NCBI GenBank assembly: GCA_040386535.1 | Contig: JAZKFH010000013.1 | Location: 192,001-256,000 of the forward strand | Length of the DNA: 64,000 nt | DNA from: Myxococcota bacterium | GTDB taxonomy: Bacteria; Myxococcota_A; UBA796; SXON01 | Reading direction: 5' to 3' | In this document: piece by piece, positions 45,914 to 58,674 of the stretch | Layout of the letters: each line of letters starts with the position of its first letter | How positions within the stretch are numbered: the stretch's first letter is position 1 | Program-made: the position numbers and the translations under genes | The notes under the pieces: generated by a model | The model's database searches: none | What the model saw: only the letters and a program-made list of their open reading frames with translations | Told to the model about the DNA's origin: nothing

Positions 45914-47118
45914 CGCGCTCTGAACAAGATGGGACGCACGTCCAGCCGATCCCGACCGAGCTGCTGACGATCAACGTCGGCCCGGCGCACCCGGCCACCC
46001 ACGGCGTCCTCCGCCTCCAGCTCCAGCTGGACGGCGAGACCATCGTGAACTGCGGCGCCGAGATCGGGTACCTGCACCGCGGGTACGAGAAGCAGGCCGA
46101 GAACACCTTCTACCAACTGGTGATCCCGTACGCCGAGCGCCTCAACTACATGGGGCCGGTCAACAACTCGAACGCGTGGTGCCACGCGTGTGAGCAGCTC
46201 CTCGGCATCGACATCCCCGCGCGCGCGCAGGCGCTGCGTGTCATCACGAGCGAGATGGGGCGCATCATCGACCACGCGGTCTGCATGGGGACCAACCTCG
46301 TCGACCTCGGGGCCCTGACCAACTTCTGGTACATGTACAACTACCGGGAGAAGATCTACGACCTCTACGAGGAGCTCACGGGCGCCCGGATGATGGTCAA
46401 CTACCCGCGCATCGGCGGCGTCTCGATGGACGCGCCGGACGGGTGGTTCGACAGCCTGCTCAAGGTCGTCGGGGAGATGGAGGAGGCGGTGGGAGAGGTG
46501 CGTGCCCTCATCACCAAGAACCGCATCTTCATGGACCGTACCCAGGGCGTCGGGGTCATCACCAAGGAGCTGGCGGTCCAGCACTCGGTGACCGGGCCGT
46601 GCCTGCGCGCCGCCGGCATCCCCTACGACGTGCGCAAGACCCAGCCCTACTGGGGCTACGAGAAGTACCAGTTCGACATCCCGACCGGCGAGAACGGCGA
46701 CACGTACGACCGCTTCATGGTCCGGTTCGCGGAGATGGAGCAGAGCGTCCGCATCATCCAGCAGGCGGTCGCGAGCATCGCGGGCGGGCCTGTCATGGTC
46801 GAGGACCACCTCGTGGCGCTCCCCGCCAAGGACAAGGTCTACAACACGATGGAAGGGCTGATCAACCACTTCAAGTTGATCATGCACGGCATCCGTCCGC
46901 CCAGGGGCGAACTCTACTCGGCGACCGAAGGTGGCAACGGCGAGCTCGGGTTCTACATCGTGTCGGACGGCAGCCCCAGCGCGTTCCGGGTGCGCATCCG
47001 TCCGCCGTGTTTCGCCAACTACTCGTTGTTCCCGAAGATCATCACCGGCGGCATGGTCGCCGACGCGATCGCCGCCCTCGGCTCGATCAACATCATCGCT
47101 GGGGAGCTCGACCGATGA
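45910..47118 (+). CDS. nuoD: NADH-quinone oxidoreductase subunit D
   Basis: [26 protein letters not shown]. Confidence 0.97.
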   Translation: MTRSEQDGTHVQPIPTELLTINVGPAHPATHGVLRLQLQLDGETIVNCGAEIGYLHRGYEKQAENTFYQLVIPYAERLNYMGPVNNSNAWCHACEQLLGIDIPARAQALRVITSEMGRIIDHAVCMGTNLVDLGALTNFWYMYNYREKIYDLYEELTGARMMVNYPRIGGVSMDAPDGWFDSLLKVVGEMEEAVGEVRALITKNRIFMDRTQGVGVITKELAVQHSVTGPCLRAAGIPYDVRKTQPYWGYEKYQFDIPTGENGDTYDRFMVRFAEMEQSVRIIQQAVASIAGGPVMVEDHLVALPAKDKVYNTMEGLINHFKLIMHGIRPPRGELYSATEGGNGELGFYIVSDGSPSAFRVRIRPPCFANYSLFPKIITGGMVADAIAALGSINIIAGELDR

Positions 47119-47684
47119 GCCACGTGGCCGCCCCCGTCGCCTCGCGCGGACCCCGCGAGTGGAACCAGGAACAGCTGGCGAAGATCCAGGTGATCCTCGC
47201 CAAGTATCCGACCAAGAAGAGCGCGATCATGCCCGTGCTCTGGCTGGCGCAGGACGACTTCGGTTGGTTGGACCTCGACGTGATGCGGCTCGTCGCCCGC
47301 ACGTTGGAGATCCCGCCGAGCCACGTGCACGCGGTCGCCAGCTTCTACACGATGTTCAAGAAGGTCCCGACCGGCCGCTACGTGATCGACGTGTGCCAGA
47401 CCCTGTCCTGCGCCCTCGTCGGCGCGGACGGGATCATCGCCCACCTCGAGCGCATCCTCGAGCCGGACGCGTACGGCAACAGCAAGGACGGCCTGTTCAC
47501 GCTCCACAAGGTCGAGTGTCTCGCGTCGTGCGGCTCCGCCCCGATGATGCAGATCAACGACCACTTCTACGAGTTCCTGACCCCCGAGTCGGTCGACCAG
47601 ATCGTCTCCGGTCTGCGCAGTGGCAACCCGCTTCCTACGCCTCGTCCCGAGGCCAACGAGTGGCAATGGGCCCCAAGATCCTGA
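47115..47684 (+). CDS. nuoE: NADH-quinone oxidoreductase subunit E
   Basis: [24 protein letters not shown]. Confidence 0.96.
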   Translation: MSHVAAPVASRGPREWNQEQLAKIQVILAKYPTKKSAIMPVLWLAQDDFGWLDLDVMRLVARTLEIPPSHVHAVASFYTMFKKVPTGRYVIDVCQTLSCALVGADGIIAHLERILEPDAYGNSKDGLFTLHKVECLASCGSAPMMQINDHFYEFLTPESVDQIVSGLRSGNPLPTPRPEANEWQWAPRS

Positions 47685-48979
47685 GCGTGAACTGGGACGT
47701 TCCCGGTTCACACACCCTCGAAGTCGCACGCAGCCGCGGGACCTACTCCCGGCTGCCGAAGGCGTTCGCGCTGAAGCCCGCCGACATCACGCAGGTCGTG
47801 AAGGACTCCGGTCTCCGCGGGCGCGGCGGCGCGGGCTTTCCCACCGGCATGAAGTGGAGCTTCGTCCCGAGCAAGGAGAAGCGCGGCGACAAGCCCGTGT
47901 ACCTCCTGTGCAACGCGGACGAGTCCGAGCCCGGCACGTTCAAGGATCGCTACTGCATGTGGCTCGATCCGCACCTGCTGATCGAGGGGATGATCATCGC
48001 GGCGTGGGCGCTCGACTGCCACACCGCCTACATCTACATCCGTGGCGAGTTCCGCTTCATCCAGGAGCGGCTGGACGAGGCCGTCGCCGAGGCCTACGCG
48101 GCCGGCCTCCTCGGGAAGAACATCCTCGGCAGCGGCTTCGACTTCGATCTGCACGTGCACCTCGGGGCCGGCGCCTACATCTGCGGCGAGGAGACGGCGC
48201 TCATCTCCTCCCTCGAAGGGGAGAAGGGCCAGCCCAAGCTGAAGCCGCCGTTCCCGGCGGTGGAGGGCGCGTGGCGCGCTCCCACGGTCGTGAACAACGT
48301 CGAGACCCTGGCCGCCGTGCCGTGGATCCTCGAGAACGGCGCCGCCGCCTACAAGGCGCTCGGCACCGAGAAGGCCCCGGGCACCAAGCTCTTCTCCGTG
48401 TCCGGGCACGTCAACAAGCCCGGCGTCTACGAGATCCCGATGGGGATGCCGATGCGGCAGTTCCTCGACGAGGTCTGCGGGGGCGTGAAGGGCGGCAAGA
48501 AGCTCAAGGCCATCATCCCGGGCGGCTCGTCCGTGCCGGTGATGACCGCCGCCGAGGTCGACCTGTGCTCGATGGACTACGAGTCCATCAACCAGAACGC
48601 CGGCTCCTACCTCGGCTCCGGTGGCTTCATCGTCATGGACGAGACCACCGACATGGTCGCGGCGCTGACCAACCTGTTGCGCTTCTACGCCCACGAGAGC
48701 TGCGGCCAGTGCACGCCCTGCCGTGAAGGCTGCGGGTGGATGTACCAGATCCTCTGCCGCGTGCGCGACGGCTACGCGACGCCCGAGGATCTCGGCACGC
48801 TCCGCGATCTCGCCGACAACATCCACAGCAAGACCATCTGCTTCTTCGGTGCCAGCGCCGCGATGCCGGTCCAGAGCTTCCTCACCAAGTTCCGCGACGA
48901 GTTCCTGCAGCGGGTCCAACGACCCGCGGCGGCGGTGACCGTCGTGGCGAGCACGTCCCTCGCGGCCGGCGGAGCGTAG
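47666..48979 (+). CDS. nuoF: NADH-quinone oxidoreductase subunit F
   Basis: [37 protein letters not shown]. Confidence 0.97.
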   Translation: MGPKILSVNWDVPGSHTLEVARSRGTYSRLPKAFALKPADITQVVKDSGLRGRGGAGFPTGMKWSFVPSKEKRGDKPVYLLCNADESEPGTFKDRYCMWLDPHLLIEGMIIAAWALDCHTAYIYIRGEFRFIQERLDEAVAEAYAAGLLGKNILGSGFDFDLHVHLGAGAYICGEETALISSLEGEKGQPKLKPPFPAVEGAWRAPTVVNNVETLAAVPWILENGAAAYKALGTEKAPGTKLFSVSGHVNKPGVYEIPMGMPMRQFLDEVCGGVKGGKKLKAIIPGGSSVPVMTAAEVDLCSMDYESINQNAGSYLGSGGFIVMDETTDMVAALTNLLRFYAHESCGQCTPCREGCGWMYQILCRVRDGYATPEDLGTLRDLADNIHSKTICFFGASAAMPVQSFLTKFRDEFLQRVQRPAAAVTVVASTSLAAGGA

Positions 48980-48982
48980 GTC

Positions 48983-50572
48983 ATGGCAAAGGTCAAGATC
49001 AACGACACCGAGATCGAGGTCCCGAACGGCCTCAACATGATCGAGGCGGCCAAGCTCGTGGGCGAGGAGATCCCCCACTACTGCTACCACCCGCACCTCT
49101 CGATCGCGGGCAACTGCCGCATGTGCCTGGTCGAGACGACCACGCCGCGCGGCCCCGTGCTCGAGATCGCCTGCAACATGCAGGCGCGCGACGGCCTCGC
49201 CATCCGTACCGACACCGCCACCGTCAAGCACATGCGCAAGTCGGTGATGGAGTTCCTGCTCGTCAACCACCCGCTGGACTGTCCGATTTGTGACCAGTCG
49301 GGCGAGTGCCGGTTGCAGGACTACTACATGGATCACGGGCAGTACGACTCCCGTGGCCTGGATCCCAAGGTCGGCAAGAACAAGCGCCAGGACATCGGGG
49401 ATCTCATCGTCCTCGACGCCGAGCGTTGCGTGCAGTGCAGCCGCTGCGAGCGCTTCGGGGACGAGGTGACCGGCACCGGCGAGCTCCGGCTCATGAACCG
49501 TGGCGATCACACCGAGATCGGCATGTTCCCCGGGGACCGGCTCTCCCACAATTACCAGGGCAACCTCGCGGACATCTGCCCCGTGGGCGCGCTCACGAAC
49601 AAGGACTTCCGGTTCCAGCGCCGCGTCTGGTACCTGAAGGAGACCGCGAGCGTCTGTACCGGGTGCGCGACCGGCTGCAACATCCAGGTGTGTCACCAGG
49701 AGGGGGAGGTGTTTCGTTACCTCCCGCGCCGCAACGACCAGGTCAACAAGTCCTGGATCTGTGACATGGGGCGGCTCTCGTACTCCGAGGTTGCGGGCCT
49801 CAAGCGCATCCTCAAGGCGACGGTCGACGGCAAGACCGTCGAGCCCGAGGTGGCCACGACCGAGCTCGCGAAGCGCATCCGCGCCGTGGGCGCCGGCAAG
49901 GTCGGGTTCGTGCTCGGTACCCGCTCGACCAACGAGGCGAACTGGGCCCTGCTCCAGACCGTCCGCGCGAACGTGCCCGGCGCCCGCGTCTTCGTGGTCG
50001 AAGGGAACGACGGCGGCGAGCTCGCCCAAGGGGACAACCTCCTCCTCTCGGCGGACCGCAACCCCAACACCGCGGGCGCACGGCTCCTCGCGCGGCACGA
50101 CGGCAACGTCGGCGATCGCACGGCGCTCCTCGTGGCGATCCCCGACCTCGAGCTCCTCGTGGTGCTCGAGGACGACGTGGTCGGCCGGCTCGGCGCGAAG
50201 CTCCCGCCCCTCGCGTTCTTCGGCGTGTTCAAGAACGCCACGTCCGCGGCGGCCGCCATCGTGGTGCCGACCGCCCACACCGTCGAGCAGGACGGCAGCT
50301 ACGTCAACCGCCAGGACCGCGTGCAGCGCGTGCGCCGCGCGGTGAACCCCGTCGGCGAGTCCGCTCCCGCCTACGTCGCGGTGGATCGCCTCGGCGCCCG
50401 CCTCGGCAAGGCCCCGGGCACGCAGATGGTGGCGGCGGCGTTCAACGGGATGGCGAAGGCCGTTGCCCGGATGAGCGGGATCGACTTCAAGGGGCTGGGC
50501 GCGGAGGGCCGCTTGTTGACGCCCGACGCCACGCCCGCCGCCGATCTCGTTGAGGAGGCAACCCAACAATGA
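48983..50572 (+). CDS. nuoG: NADH-quinone oxidoreductase subunit G (short, 529 aa)
   Basis: CYH..L...GNCRMC, NHPLDCPICDQ.GEC, CVQC.RC, CTGCATGC. Confidence 0.94.
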   Translation: MAKVKINDTEIEVPNGLNMIEAAKLVGEEIPHYCYHPHLSIAGNCRMCLVETTTPRGPVLEIACNMQARDGLAIRTDTATVKHMRKSVMEFLLVNHPLDCPICDQSGECRLQDYYMDHGQYDSRGLDPKVGKNKRQDIGDLIVLDAERCVQCSRCERFGDEVTGTGELRLMNRGDHTEIGMFPGDRLSHNYQGNLADICPVGALTNKDFRFQRRVWYLKETASVCTGCATGCNIQVCHQEGEVFRYLPRRNDQVNKSWICDMGRLSYSEVAGLKRILKATVDGKTVEPEVATTELAKRIRAVGAGKVGFVLGTRSTNEANWALLQTVRANVPGARVFVVEGNDGGELAQGDNLLLSADRNPNTAGARLLARHDGNVGDRTALLVAIPDLELLVVLEDDVVGRLGAKLPPLAFFGVFKNATSAAAAIVVPTAHTVEQDGSYVNRQDRVQRVRRAVNPVGESAPAYVAVDRLGARLGKAPGTQMVAAAFNGMAKAVARMSGIDFKGLGAEGRLLTPDATPAADLVEEATQQ

Positions 50573-51879
50573 CCTTCGAGGCTGCCCTCCCGTTCCTCAT
50601 CGTCCTGGCGAAGTGTGTCTTCGCCGTGGCGTTTGTCATGCAGATCGTGCCGCTCCTCATCTGGGGGGAGCGCAAGGGCGCGGCGTACATCCAGGACCGC
50701 CCGGGTCCCAACCGCGCCGACATCATGGGCATCCGCGCAGGTGGCCTGGTCCATACGCTCAACGACGTCGTCAAGCTGGTGATGAAGGAAGACATCATCC
50801 CCCAGCACGTCGAGAAATTCTATTGGGCGTTGGCGCCGGTCATCGCGATGACAATCGCGTTGGTGACGTTCATCGTCGTGCCTTTCGGTGACACGTTCAT
50901 GGGCGAGCCCCTGAAGGTGTCCGACATCGACGGTGGCCTGCTCTTCGTCCTCGCGATGACGAGCCTCGGCGTCTACGGGATCATGCTCGCCGGCTGGTCG
51001 AGCAACAACAAGTTCAGCCTCCTCGGCGGCCTCCGCGCCAGCGCGCAGATGGTCAGCTACGAGCTGGCGATGGGCCTCTCCGCCGTGGTGATCTTCCTCG
51101 GCGCGGGCTCGGTTTCGCTCTCGGTCATCGCCGAGCAACAGGCCGGCGCGATCTGGAATTGGAACGTCTTCAGCATCCCCGGCGTCATCGCGTTCATCCT
51201 GTTCTGGGTGGCGGCGTTCGCGGAGACCAACCGCACCCCGTTCGACCTCCCGGAAGGGGAGGCCGAGCTCGTCGGCGGGTACCACACCGAGTACAGCTCG
51301 CTGCGCTTCGCCCTGTTCTTCATGGCCGAGTACGCGAACATGATCGTGGCGTCGGCCGTGACTGCCACGTTGTTCTTCGGCGGGTACAACGTCCCGTTCC
51401 TCTCGGGCGAGACCATCCGCGCCAACGCCGACATGCTCGTGGCGCTGTTCGGCTTCGCGGCGGTACCCGCTCTGATCCTCTTCGCGGTGCTCGCCTGGCG
51501 CCGCCGCAACCGCCCGTTCTACCGGGTGCTGGCCGCCAATGACATTCGTCACCGGGAGCCCAAGTTCTGGCTGGCGGTGTGGTCCGGCCTGGCGGTCGCT
51601 CACCTCGGGCTCGGCGTGCTCGGCCTGTCCGGGCTGATCGGCTCCGCCGGTCCCGCCGCGCTCGGCCCCGACGTGGTGGCCTTCGTGCTCCAGCTCACCG
51701 CCCTCGTCCTCAAGGTGCTGATCGGCTGCTGGATCATGATCTGGGTCCGCTGGACCGTTCCCCGTTTCCGCTACGACCAGCTCATGAACCTCGGGTGGCG
51801 CGTCATGCTGCCCGTGGCGCTGGTCAACGTGTTCTTCGCGGCGGTCTGGATCGTCATCAAAGAGTCCTATTTCGCCTGA
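50569..51879 (+). CDS. nuoH: NADH-quinone oxidoreductase subunit H (with insertion)
   Basis: ERK...QDR.GPNR, AETNRTPFDLPEGEAEL..GYHTEYS, PRFRYDQLM..GW. Confidence 0.96.
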   Translation: MTFEAALPFLIVLAKCVFAVAFVMQIVPLLIWGERKGAAYIQDRPGPNRADIMGIRAGGLVHTLNDVVKLVMKEDIIPQHVEKFYWALAPVIAMTIALVTFIVVPFGDTFMGEPLKVSDIDGGLLFVLAMTSLGVYGIMLAGWSSNNKFSLLGGLRASAQMVSYELAMGLSAVVIFLGAGSVSLSVIAEQQAGAIWNWNVFSIPGVIAFILFWVAAFAETNRTPFDLPEGEAELVGGYHTEYSSLRFALFFMAEYANMIVASAVTATLFFGGYNVPFLSGETIRANADMLVALFGFAAVPALILFAVLAWRRRNRPFYRVLAANDIRHREPKFWLAVWSGLAVAHLGLGVLGLSGLIGSAGPAALGPDVVAFVLQLTALVLKVLIGCWIMIWVRWTVPRFRYDQLMNLGWRVMLPVALVNVFFAAVWIVIKESYFA

Positions 51880-51889
51880 GAGGTCCTCG

Positions 51890-52456
51890 ATGCCGCTCCC
51901 CGCGCCACGCAAGAAGCTCTCGACGCCCGAGTCGGTCTACCTCGTCGAGGTGATCAAGGGCATGTTCCTGACGATGTCCCATGTCATCAAGAACATCCTC
52001 GATCAGGACCGCTTTCGCACCATCGAGTACCCCGACGTCCGCAAGCCGATGGCCGCCCGCTACCGTGGCGCCCACCGCCTCACCACCCGTCCCGACGGCA
52101 AGGTGAAGTGCGTGGCGTGCATGTGCTGCCCGACCATCTGCCCGGCGAAGTGCATCACCATCATCGCCGGGGAGGCCGCGGACGATCCCGCGGAGAAGTT
52201 CCCCGTCGAGTTCGACATCGACATGCTGCGCTGCATCTTCTGCGGCTTCTGTGTCGAGGCCTGCCCGAAGGACGCCATCCGGATGGACACGAAGATCTAC
52301 GAGATCAACGCGTTCACCCGGCAGGACATGGTCCACAACAAGTCGTACATGATCAACCTGATGGACGGCGTGAAGCCCCAGGCGGAGGACGTCTACCGGG
52401 CGCATCCCGAGCAGGCGCCCGCTGGCTACACGTTCGATGAGAAGCCGGTCGTCTAG
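51890..52456 (+). CDS. nuoI: NADH-quinone oxidoreductase subunit I
   Basis: [12 protein letters not shown] and [12 protein letters not shown]. Confidence 0.96.
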   Translation: MPLPAPRKKLSTPESVYLVEVIKGMFLTMSHVIKNILDQDRFRTIEYPDVRKPMAARYRGAHRLTTRPDGKVKCVACMCCPTICPAKCITIIAGEAADDPAEKFPVEFDIDMLRCIFCGFCVEACPKDAIRMDTKIYEINAFTRQDMVHNKSYMINLMDGVKPQAEDVYRAHPEQAPAGYTFDEKPVV

Positions 52457-52482
52457 CCGGTCCGCGTCCCCTCTTGCGTGCG

Positions 52483-52511
52483 TTGACAGCGCCTCCCCGG
52501 CGTCGTAAACC
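52483..52511 (+). promoter_or_regulatory. Putative internal promoter TTGACA-N17-TAAACC upstream of nuoJ
   Basis: Perfect -35 with 17 nt spacing in the only large gap of the operon. Confidence 0.55.
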
Positions 52512-52549
52512 GCGCACCCCACCGCCCATCCCCCTCCACCGGGCAGCCG

Positions 52550-53053
52550 ATGACCGAAGCGGTTCTCTTCTACCTCTTCTCGCTCGTGGCCATCGTGGCC
52601 GGGTTCTCCGTGGTGATCGCGAAGAGCCCCATCGCGAGCGCATTGTCGCTCGTGGTGTGCTTCTTCTTCCTGGCCGCCGACTACGTGCTGTTGAACGCCC
52701 ACTTCGTGGCCGTCATCCAACTGCTGGTCTACGCCGGCGCCATCATGGTGCTCTTCATCTTCGTGATCATGGTGCTGAACCTCCGCAACGAGGTGCCGGT
52801 GCCCATCCTGGAGCTCTCCCGACGGGGACTCCTCGGGATGGTCGTCGCGGGCGTGCTCGGAACGGGCCTGATCACCGCGCTCGAGTCGTTGCCGGTCACG
52901 GCGTCGGCGGCGCTTCCGGATGGCTACGGAGAGGTGGCGGCCGTCGGCACGTCGATCTTCTCCGGAGCATACCTGCTTCCGTTCGAGGCGGTCTCGGTGC
53001 TCCTCACGGTGGCGTTGGTCGGGGCCGTCGTCCTCGCCAAGAGGGAGATCTGA
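52550..53053 (+). CDS. nuoJ: NADH-quinone oxidoreductase subunit J
   Basis: [25 protein letters not shown]. Confidence 0.96.
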   Translation: MTEAVLFYLFSLVAIVAGFSVVIAKSPIASALSLVVCFFFLAADYVLLNAHFVAVIQLLVYAGAIMVLFIFVIMVLNLRNEVPVPILELSRRGLLGMVVAGVLGTGLITALESLPVTASAALPDGYGEVAAVGTSIFSGAYLLPFEAVSVLLTVALVGAVVLAKREI

Positions 53054-53361
53054 TGGAGTCGGTCGGATTGTTCCCCGTCCTCGCGGTGAGCGCCGTGCTC
53101 TTCGCGACTGGGGTGGGCGGCGTGCTCACCCGCAAGAATGCCCTGATCGTGTTCATGAGCGTCGAGCTCATGTTGAACGCGGTCAACCTGTCGTTCGTCG
53201 CCTTCTCCCGGCACGCCGGCGTGATCGACGGGCAGGTGTTCGCCCTCTTCGTGATGGCGGTGGCCGCGGCCGAAGCGGCTGTCGGTCTCGCCCTCGTCAT
53301 CCTCCTGTTCCGCAACCGGGTCACCGTCAGTCTCGATGACCTCGACCTGATGAAGGGGTAA
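53053..53361 (+). CDS. nuoK: NADH-quinone oxidoreductase subunit K
   Basis: [19 protein letters not shown]. Confidence 0.96.
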   Translation: MESVGLFPVLAVSAVLFATGVGGVLTRKNALIVFMSVELMLNAVNLSFVAFSRHAGVIDGQVFALFVMAVAAAEAAVGLALVILLFRNRVTVSLDDLDLMKG

Positions 53362-53364
53362 GCG

Positions 53365-55449
<2,085 letters not shown>

Positions 55450-55450
55450 G

Positions 55451-57112
55451 ATGCCCTCCCTGCTCTCCCTCGTCACCTTCCTCCCGATCGTGGGCGCGGT
55501 CGTCGTGGCCGCGCTCCCCGAGCGCGCCGCCAAGACCTCGGCCCTGGCCGTGTCGCTGCTCGCGTTCGCGGCGTCGATCCCGCTCTGGTTCCTGTTCGAT
55601 CCGGCGAGCCCCGAGGCCTTCCAGCTCGTCGAGAAGATGGACTGGATCCCCGCGTTCGGCGTGAGCTACCACGTCGGAATCGACGGGGTGAGCCTGCTGC
55701 TCATCCTACTGACGACGGTGCTGACGCCCATCATCGTGCTGGCCGGCTTCAGCGGCGTGGAGTCGCGTCACCGCGCGTACTTCGCGCTGATGCTCGTGCT
55801 CGAAGGCTCGATGATCGGCACCTTCGTGGCGCTCGACACGTTCCTCTTCTACCTGTTCTGGGAGCTCGTGCTCCTCCCGATGTACTTCCTCATCGGGGTG
55901 TGGGGCGGGGAGCGTCGGCTCTACGCGGCCGTCAAGCTGTTCCTCTACACGGTCGCCGGCTCGCTCCTCATGCTGGTGGCGCTCATCGGGCTGTACGCCC
56001 TGCACTACGAGCTCGAGGGCACCTGGACCACGGACTTGAGCCGCCTGCTGGCGCTCGACATCCCGTACGACACCCAGATGTGGATGTTCGCCTGCTTCGC
56101 GCTGGCGTTCGCCATCAAGGTGCCGATGTTCCCCCTGCACACCTGGCTGCCCGACGCCCACGTCGAGGCGCCCACGGGCGGCTCGGTGGTGCTCGCGGGC
56201 GTGATGCTCAAGATGGGCACCTACGGCTTCTACCGCTTCGCGATGCCGCTCTTCCCCGAGGCGACCATGGCCTTCGGGCCGTTCCTCATCGCGTTGTGCG
56301 TCATCGGCATCGTGTACGGCGCGCTCGTCGCGATGGTGCAGGACGACGTGAAGAAGCTCGTCGCCTACAGCTCCGTGAGCCACCTCGGCTTCGTGATGCT
56401 GGGCCTGTTCGCGCTCAACCCGGTGGGTGTGGCCGGCTCGATCTACCAGATGCTCGGCCACGGCGTCAGCACCGGCGCGTTGTTCCTCCTGGTCGGCGTG
56501 CTCTACGAGCGCCGCCACACGCGCAAGATCGCCGACTACGGCGGGCTCACCAAGGTGGTGCCGCTCTTCGCGGTGGTCTTCATGATCGTGACGCTCTCCT
56601 CCATCGGGCTCCCGGGCACCAATGGTTTCGTGGGTGAGTTCATGATCCTGCTCGGCGCCTTCGAGTACGCGCCGATCCCGACGGTCATCGCCACCACCGG
56701 CGTCATCTTCGGCGCGACCTACATGTTGTGGATGTTCCAGCGGGTCATGTTCGGCCCCCTGACCAACCACGCGAACCAGAAGCTCACCGATCTGAACGCG
56801 CGCGAGATCGCCTACCTCTCGCCCCTGGTGGTCCTCATCTTCGTGATGGGCGTGTACCCCCAGCCCTTCCTCGACCGCATCAACCCCTCGGTGAACGCCT
56901 TCGTGGCGCGCTTCGAGGAGCGGTTCGACGGTTCGCCGTACGTGGCGGCCGGCGGCGTCCCCGCCTGGATCGACGCGCATGTCGCGCCGCCCGCGGCGCC
57001 GGCGCCCGGCCACCCGGCGCATGGCGACCCTGCCCATGGCGCCCCCGCGCACGGCAATCACGGTGCCCCCGCCCACGGCACCCCCACCCACGCGCCGGCG
57101 CACGGGGAGTAG
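55451..57112 (+). CDS. nuoM: NADH-quinone oxidoreductase subunit M
   Basis: KVPMFPLHTWLPDAHVEAP, LPGTNGFVGEF; His/Pro-rich tail. Confidence 0.97.
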   Translation: MPSLLSLVTFLPIVGAVVVAALPERAAKTSALAVSLLAFAASIPLWFLFDPASPEAFQLVEKMDWIPAFGVSYHVGIDGVSLLLILLTTVLTPIIVLAGFSGVESRHRAYFALMLVLEGSMIGTFVALDTFLFYLFWELVLLPMYFLIGVWGGERRLYAAVKLFLYTVAGSLLMLVALIGLYALHYELEGTWTTDLSRLLALDIPYDTQMWMFACFALAFAIKVPMFPLHTWLPDAHVEAPTGGSVVLAGVMLKMGTYGFYRFAMPLFPEATMAFGPFLIALCVIGIVYGALVAMVQDDVKKLVAYSSVSHLGFVMLGLFALNPVGVAGSIYQMLGHGVSTGALFLLVGVLYERRHTRKIADYGGLTKVVPLFAVVFMIVTLSSIGLPGTNGFVGEFMILLGAFEYAPIPTVIATTGVIFGATYMLWMFQRVMFGPLTNHANQKLTDLNAREIAYLSPLVVLIFVMGVYPQPFLDRINPSVNAFVARFEERFDGSPYVAAGGVPAWIDAHVAPPAAPAPGHPAHGDPAHGAPAHGNHGAPAHGTPTHAPAHGE

Positions 57113-57115
57113 CCA

Positions 57116-58597
57116 ATGATCACGATTCCCGCCCTCGGCGACTCGCTTCTCCTCTCGAGCCCCAGCATCCTGGTCTTCTGCGTCGCCTTGGCGATCATGT
57201 TGATCGAGGCCTGGGCGCGCCCCGCGAGCAAGACCATCTTCTGGGCGCTCGGACTCGGCGGCCTCCTGGCCGCGGGCGCCCTCACGGCTGTCGTCTACAG
57301 CATGGCCGAGGGCCCGGTCGACGCCTACGCCGGCATGCTCCGGATCGATCGCTACGGCGTGTTCTTCCAGGTCTGCGCGATCGTCGCGGGCATCCTCTCG
57401 CTCCTCATGAGCGACGGCTACCTCGAGCGCATCGGCATCCGCGTGGGGGAGTACTACGCGCTCGTGTTGTTCGGCGTGATGGGCATGATGCTCATGAGCG
57501 CCGCGAACGACCTGATGATGGTCTTCATCTCCCTCGAGATCATGAGCATCGCGCTGTACGTGCTCTGCGCGCTCAAGCGTGGGGACCCGAAGAGCGTCGA
57601 GAGCGGCTTCAAGTACTTCATCCTCGGCGCGTTCTCGTCCGGCGTGATGCTCTACGGCATCTCGTTCGTGTACGGCGCGATCGGCAGCACCTCGCTGGAC
57701 ACGCTCACCGCCTGGTTCGCCACCGGGCACGACGCCTCGTCCAGCACGCTCCTGACCGTCGGCGCCGCCCTCCTGATCGTGGGCTTCGGCTTCAAGGTCG
57801 CGAGCGTGCCCTTCCACATGTGGGCCCCGGACGTGTACCAGGGCGCCCCCACCTCGGTGACCGCGCTCATGGCGTCGGGCGTCAAGGCGGCGAGCTTCGC
57901 GGCGTTCGGTCGCGTCGTGCTCGGCGCGATGGGTGAGGACGCGGCGAGCTGGCACGGCGCGTTGTGGTGGATGTCGGCGCTCACGATGATCGTCGGCAAC
58001 CTCGGCGCGCTCGTGCAGGACGACCTGAAGCGGGTCCTCGCGTACTCGTCGATCGCGCACGCCGGCTACCTGCTCATGGCGTTCGTCTCCATCGGCGCCG
58101 GCGGCGTCGCGGGCACCCCCGCGCTCGGCAGCCTGCTCTTCTACATGTTGAGCTACACCTTCATGAACGCGGGCGCCTTCGCGGTGCTCTCGATGTTCAC
58201 GAAGGACGGCAGCGACGACACGCGCATCGAGCGCCTCGCGGGCCTGGGCCACCAGCACCCCTGGCTCGCAGCCGGGCTGTCGATCTGCCTGCTCTCGCTC
58301 GCCGGAATCCCGCCCACGATGGGCTTCGTCGGCAAGTTCTACCTGTTCTCCGCCGCGCTTCAGGCCGGCGAGCGCAACCTCGCCATCATCGGCGCGGTCT
58401 CGGCCGCGGCCGGGGTGTACTACTACATCCGTCCCATGATCTGGATGTACATGCGCGACGGGCATCCGGCCGTCACGGTCGACCGCCGCGCTGCCTTCGC
58501 GCTCGCGCTCTGTTCGGCCGTCATGGTGGTTCTGGGCCTCCTTCCGGGCACGGTGCTGGACTGGGCCCAGGAGTCGCTCCTGTCGCTCGCGGGCTAG
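57116..58597 (+). CDS. nuoN: NADH-quinone oxidoreductase subunit N
   Basis: FKVASVPFHMWAPDVYQGAP, LAGIPP..GFVGK. Confidence 0.97.
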   Translation: MITIPALGDSLLLSSPSILVFCVALAIMLIEAWARPASKTIFWALGLGGLLAAGALTAVVYSMAEGPVDAYAGMLRIDRYGVFFQVCAIVAGILSLLMSDGYLERIGIRVGEYYALVLFGVMGMMLMSAANDLMMVFISLEIMSIALYVLCALKRGDPKSVESGFKYFILGAFSSGVMLYGISFVYGAIGSTSLDTLTAWFATGHDASSSTLLTVGAALLIVGFGFKVASVPFHMWAPDVYQGAPTSVTALMASGVKAASFAAFGRVVLGAMGEDAASWHGALWWMSALTMIVGNLGALVQDDLKRVLAYSSIAHAGYLLMAFVSIGAGGVAGTPALGSLLFYMLSYTFMNAGAFAVLSMFTKDGSDDTRIERLAGLGHQHPWLAAGLSICLLSLAGIPPTMGFVGKFYLFSAALQAGERNLAIIGAVSAAAGVYYYIRPMIWMYMRDGHPAVTVDRRAAFALALCSAVMVVLGLLPGTVLDWAQESLLSLAG

Positions 58598-58631
58598 CCG
58601 ACAAGGCGGTCCGCTGGAGTGCAATCCCGGC

Positions 58632-58637
58632 TATACT
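58632..58637 (+). promoter_or_regulatory. -10 element TATACT for the lipoprotein operon
   Basis: Near-consensus hexamer ~37 nt upstream of ATG 58675, GGAG SD present. Confidence 0.45.
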
Positions 58638-58674
58638 GCGGCACCTCGCGGCATCCGTGGGGACCGGAGCCGGC

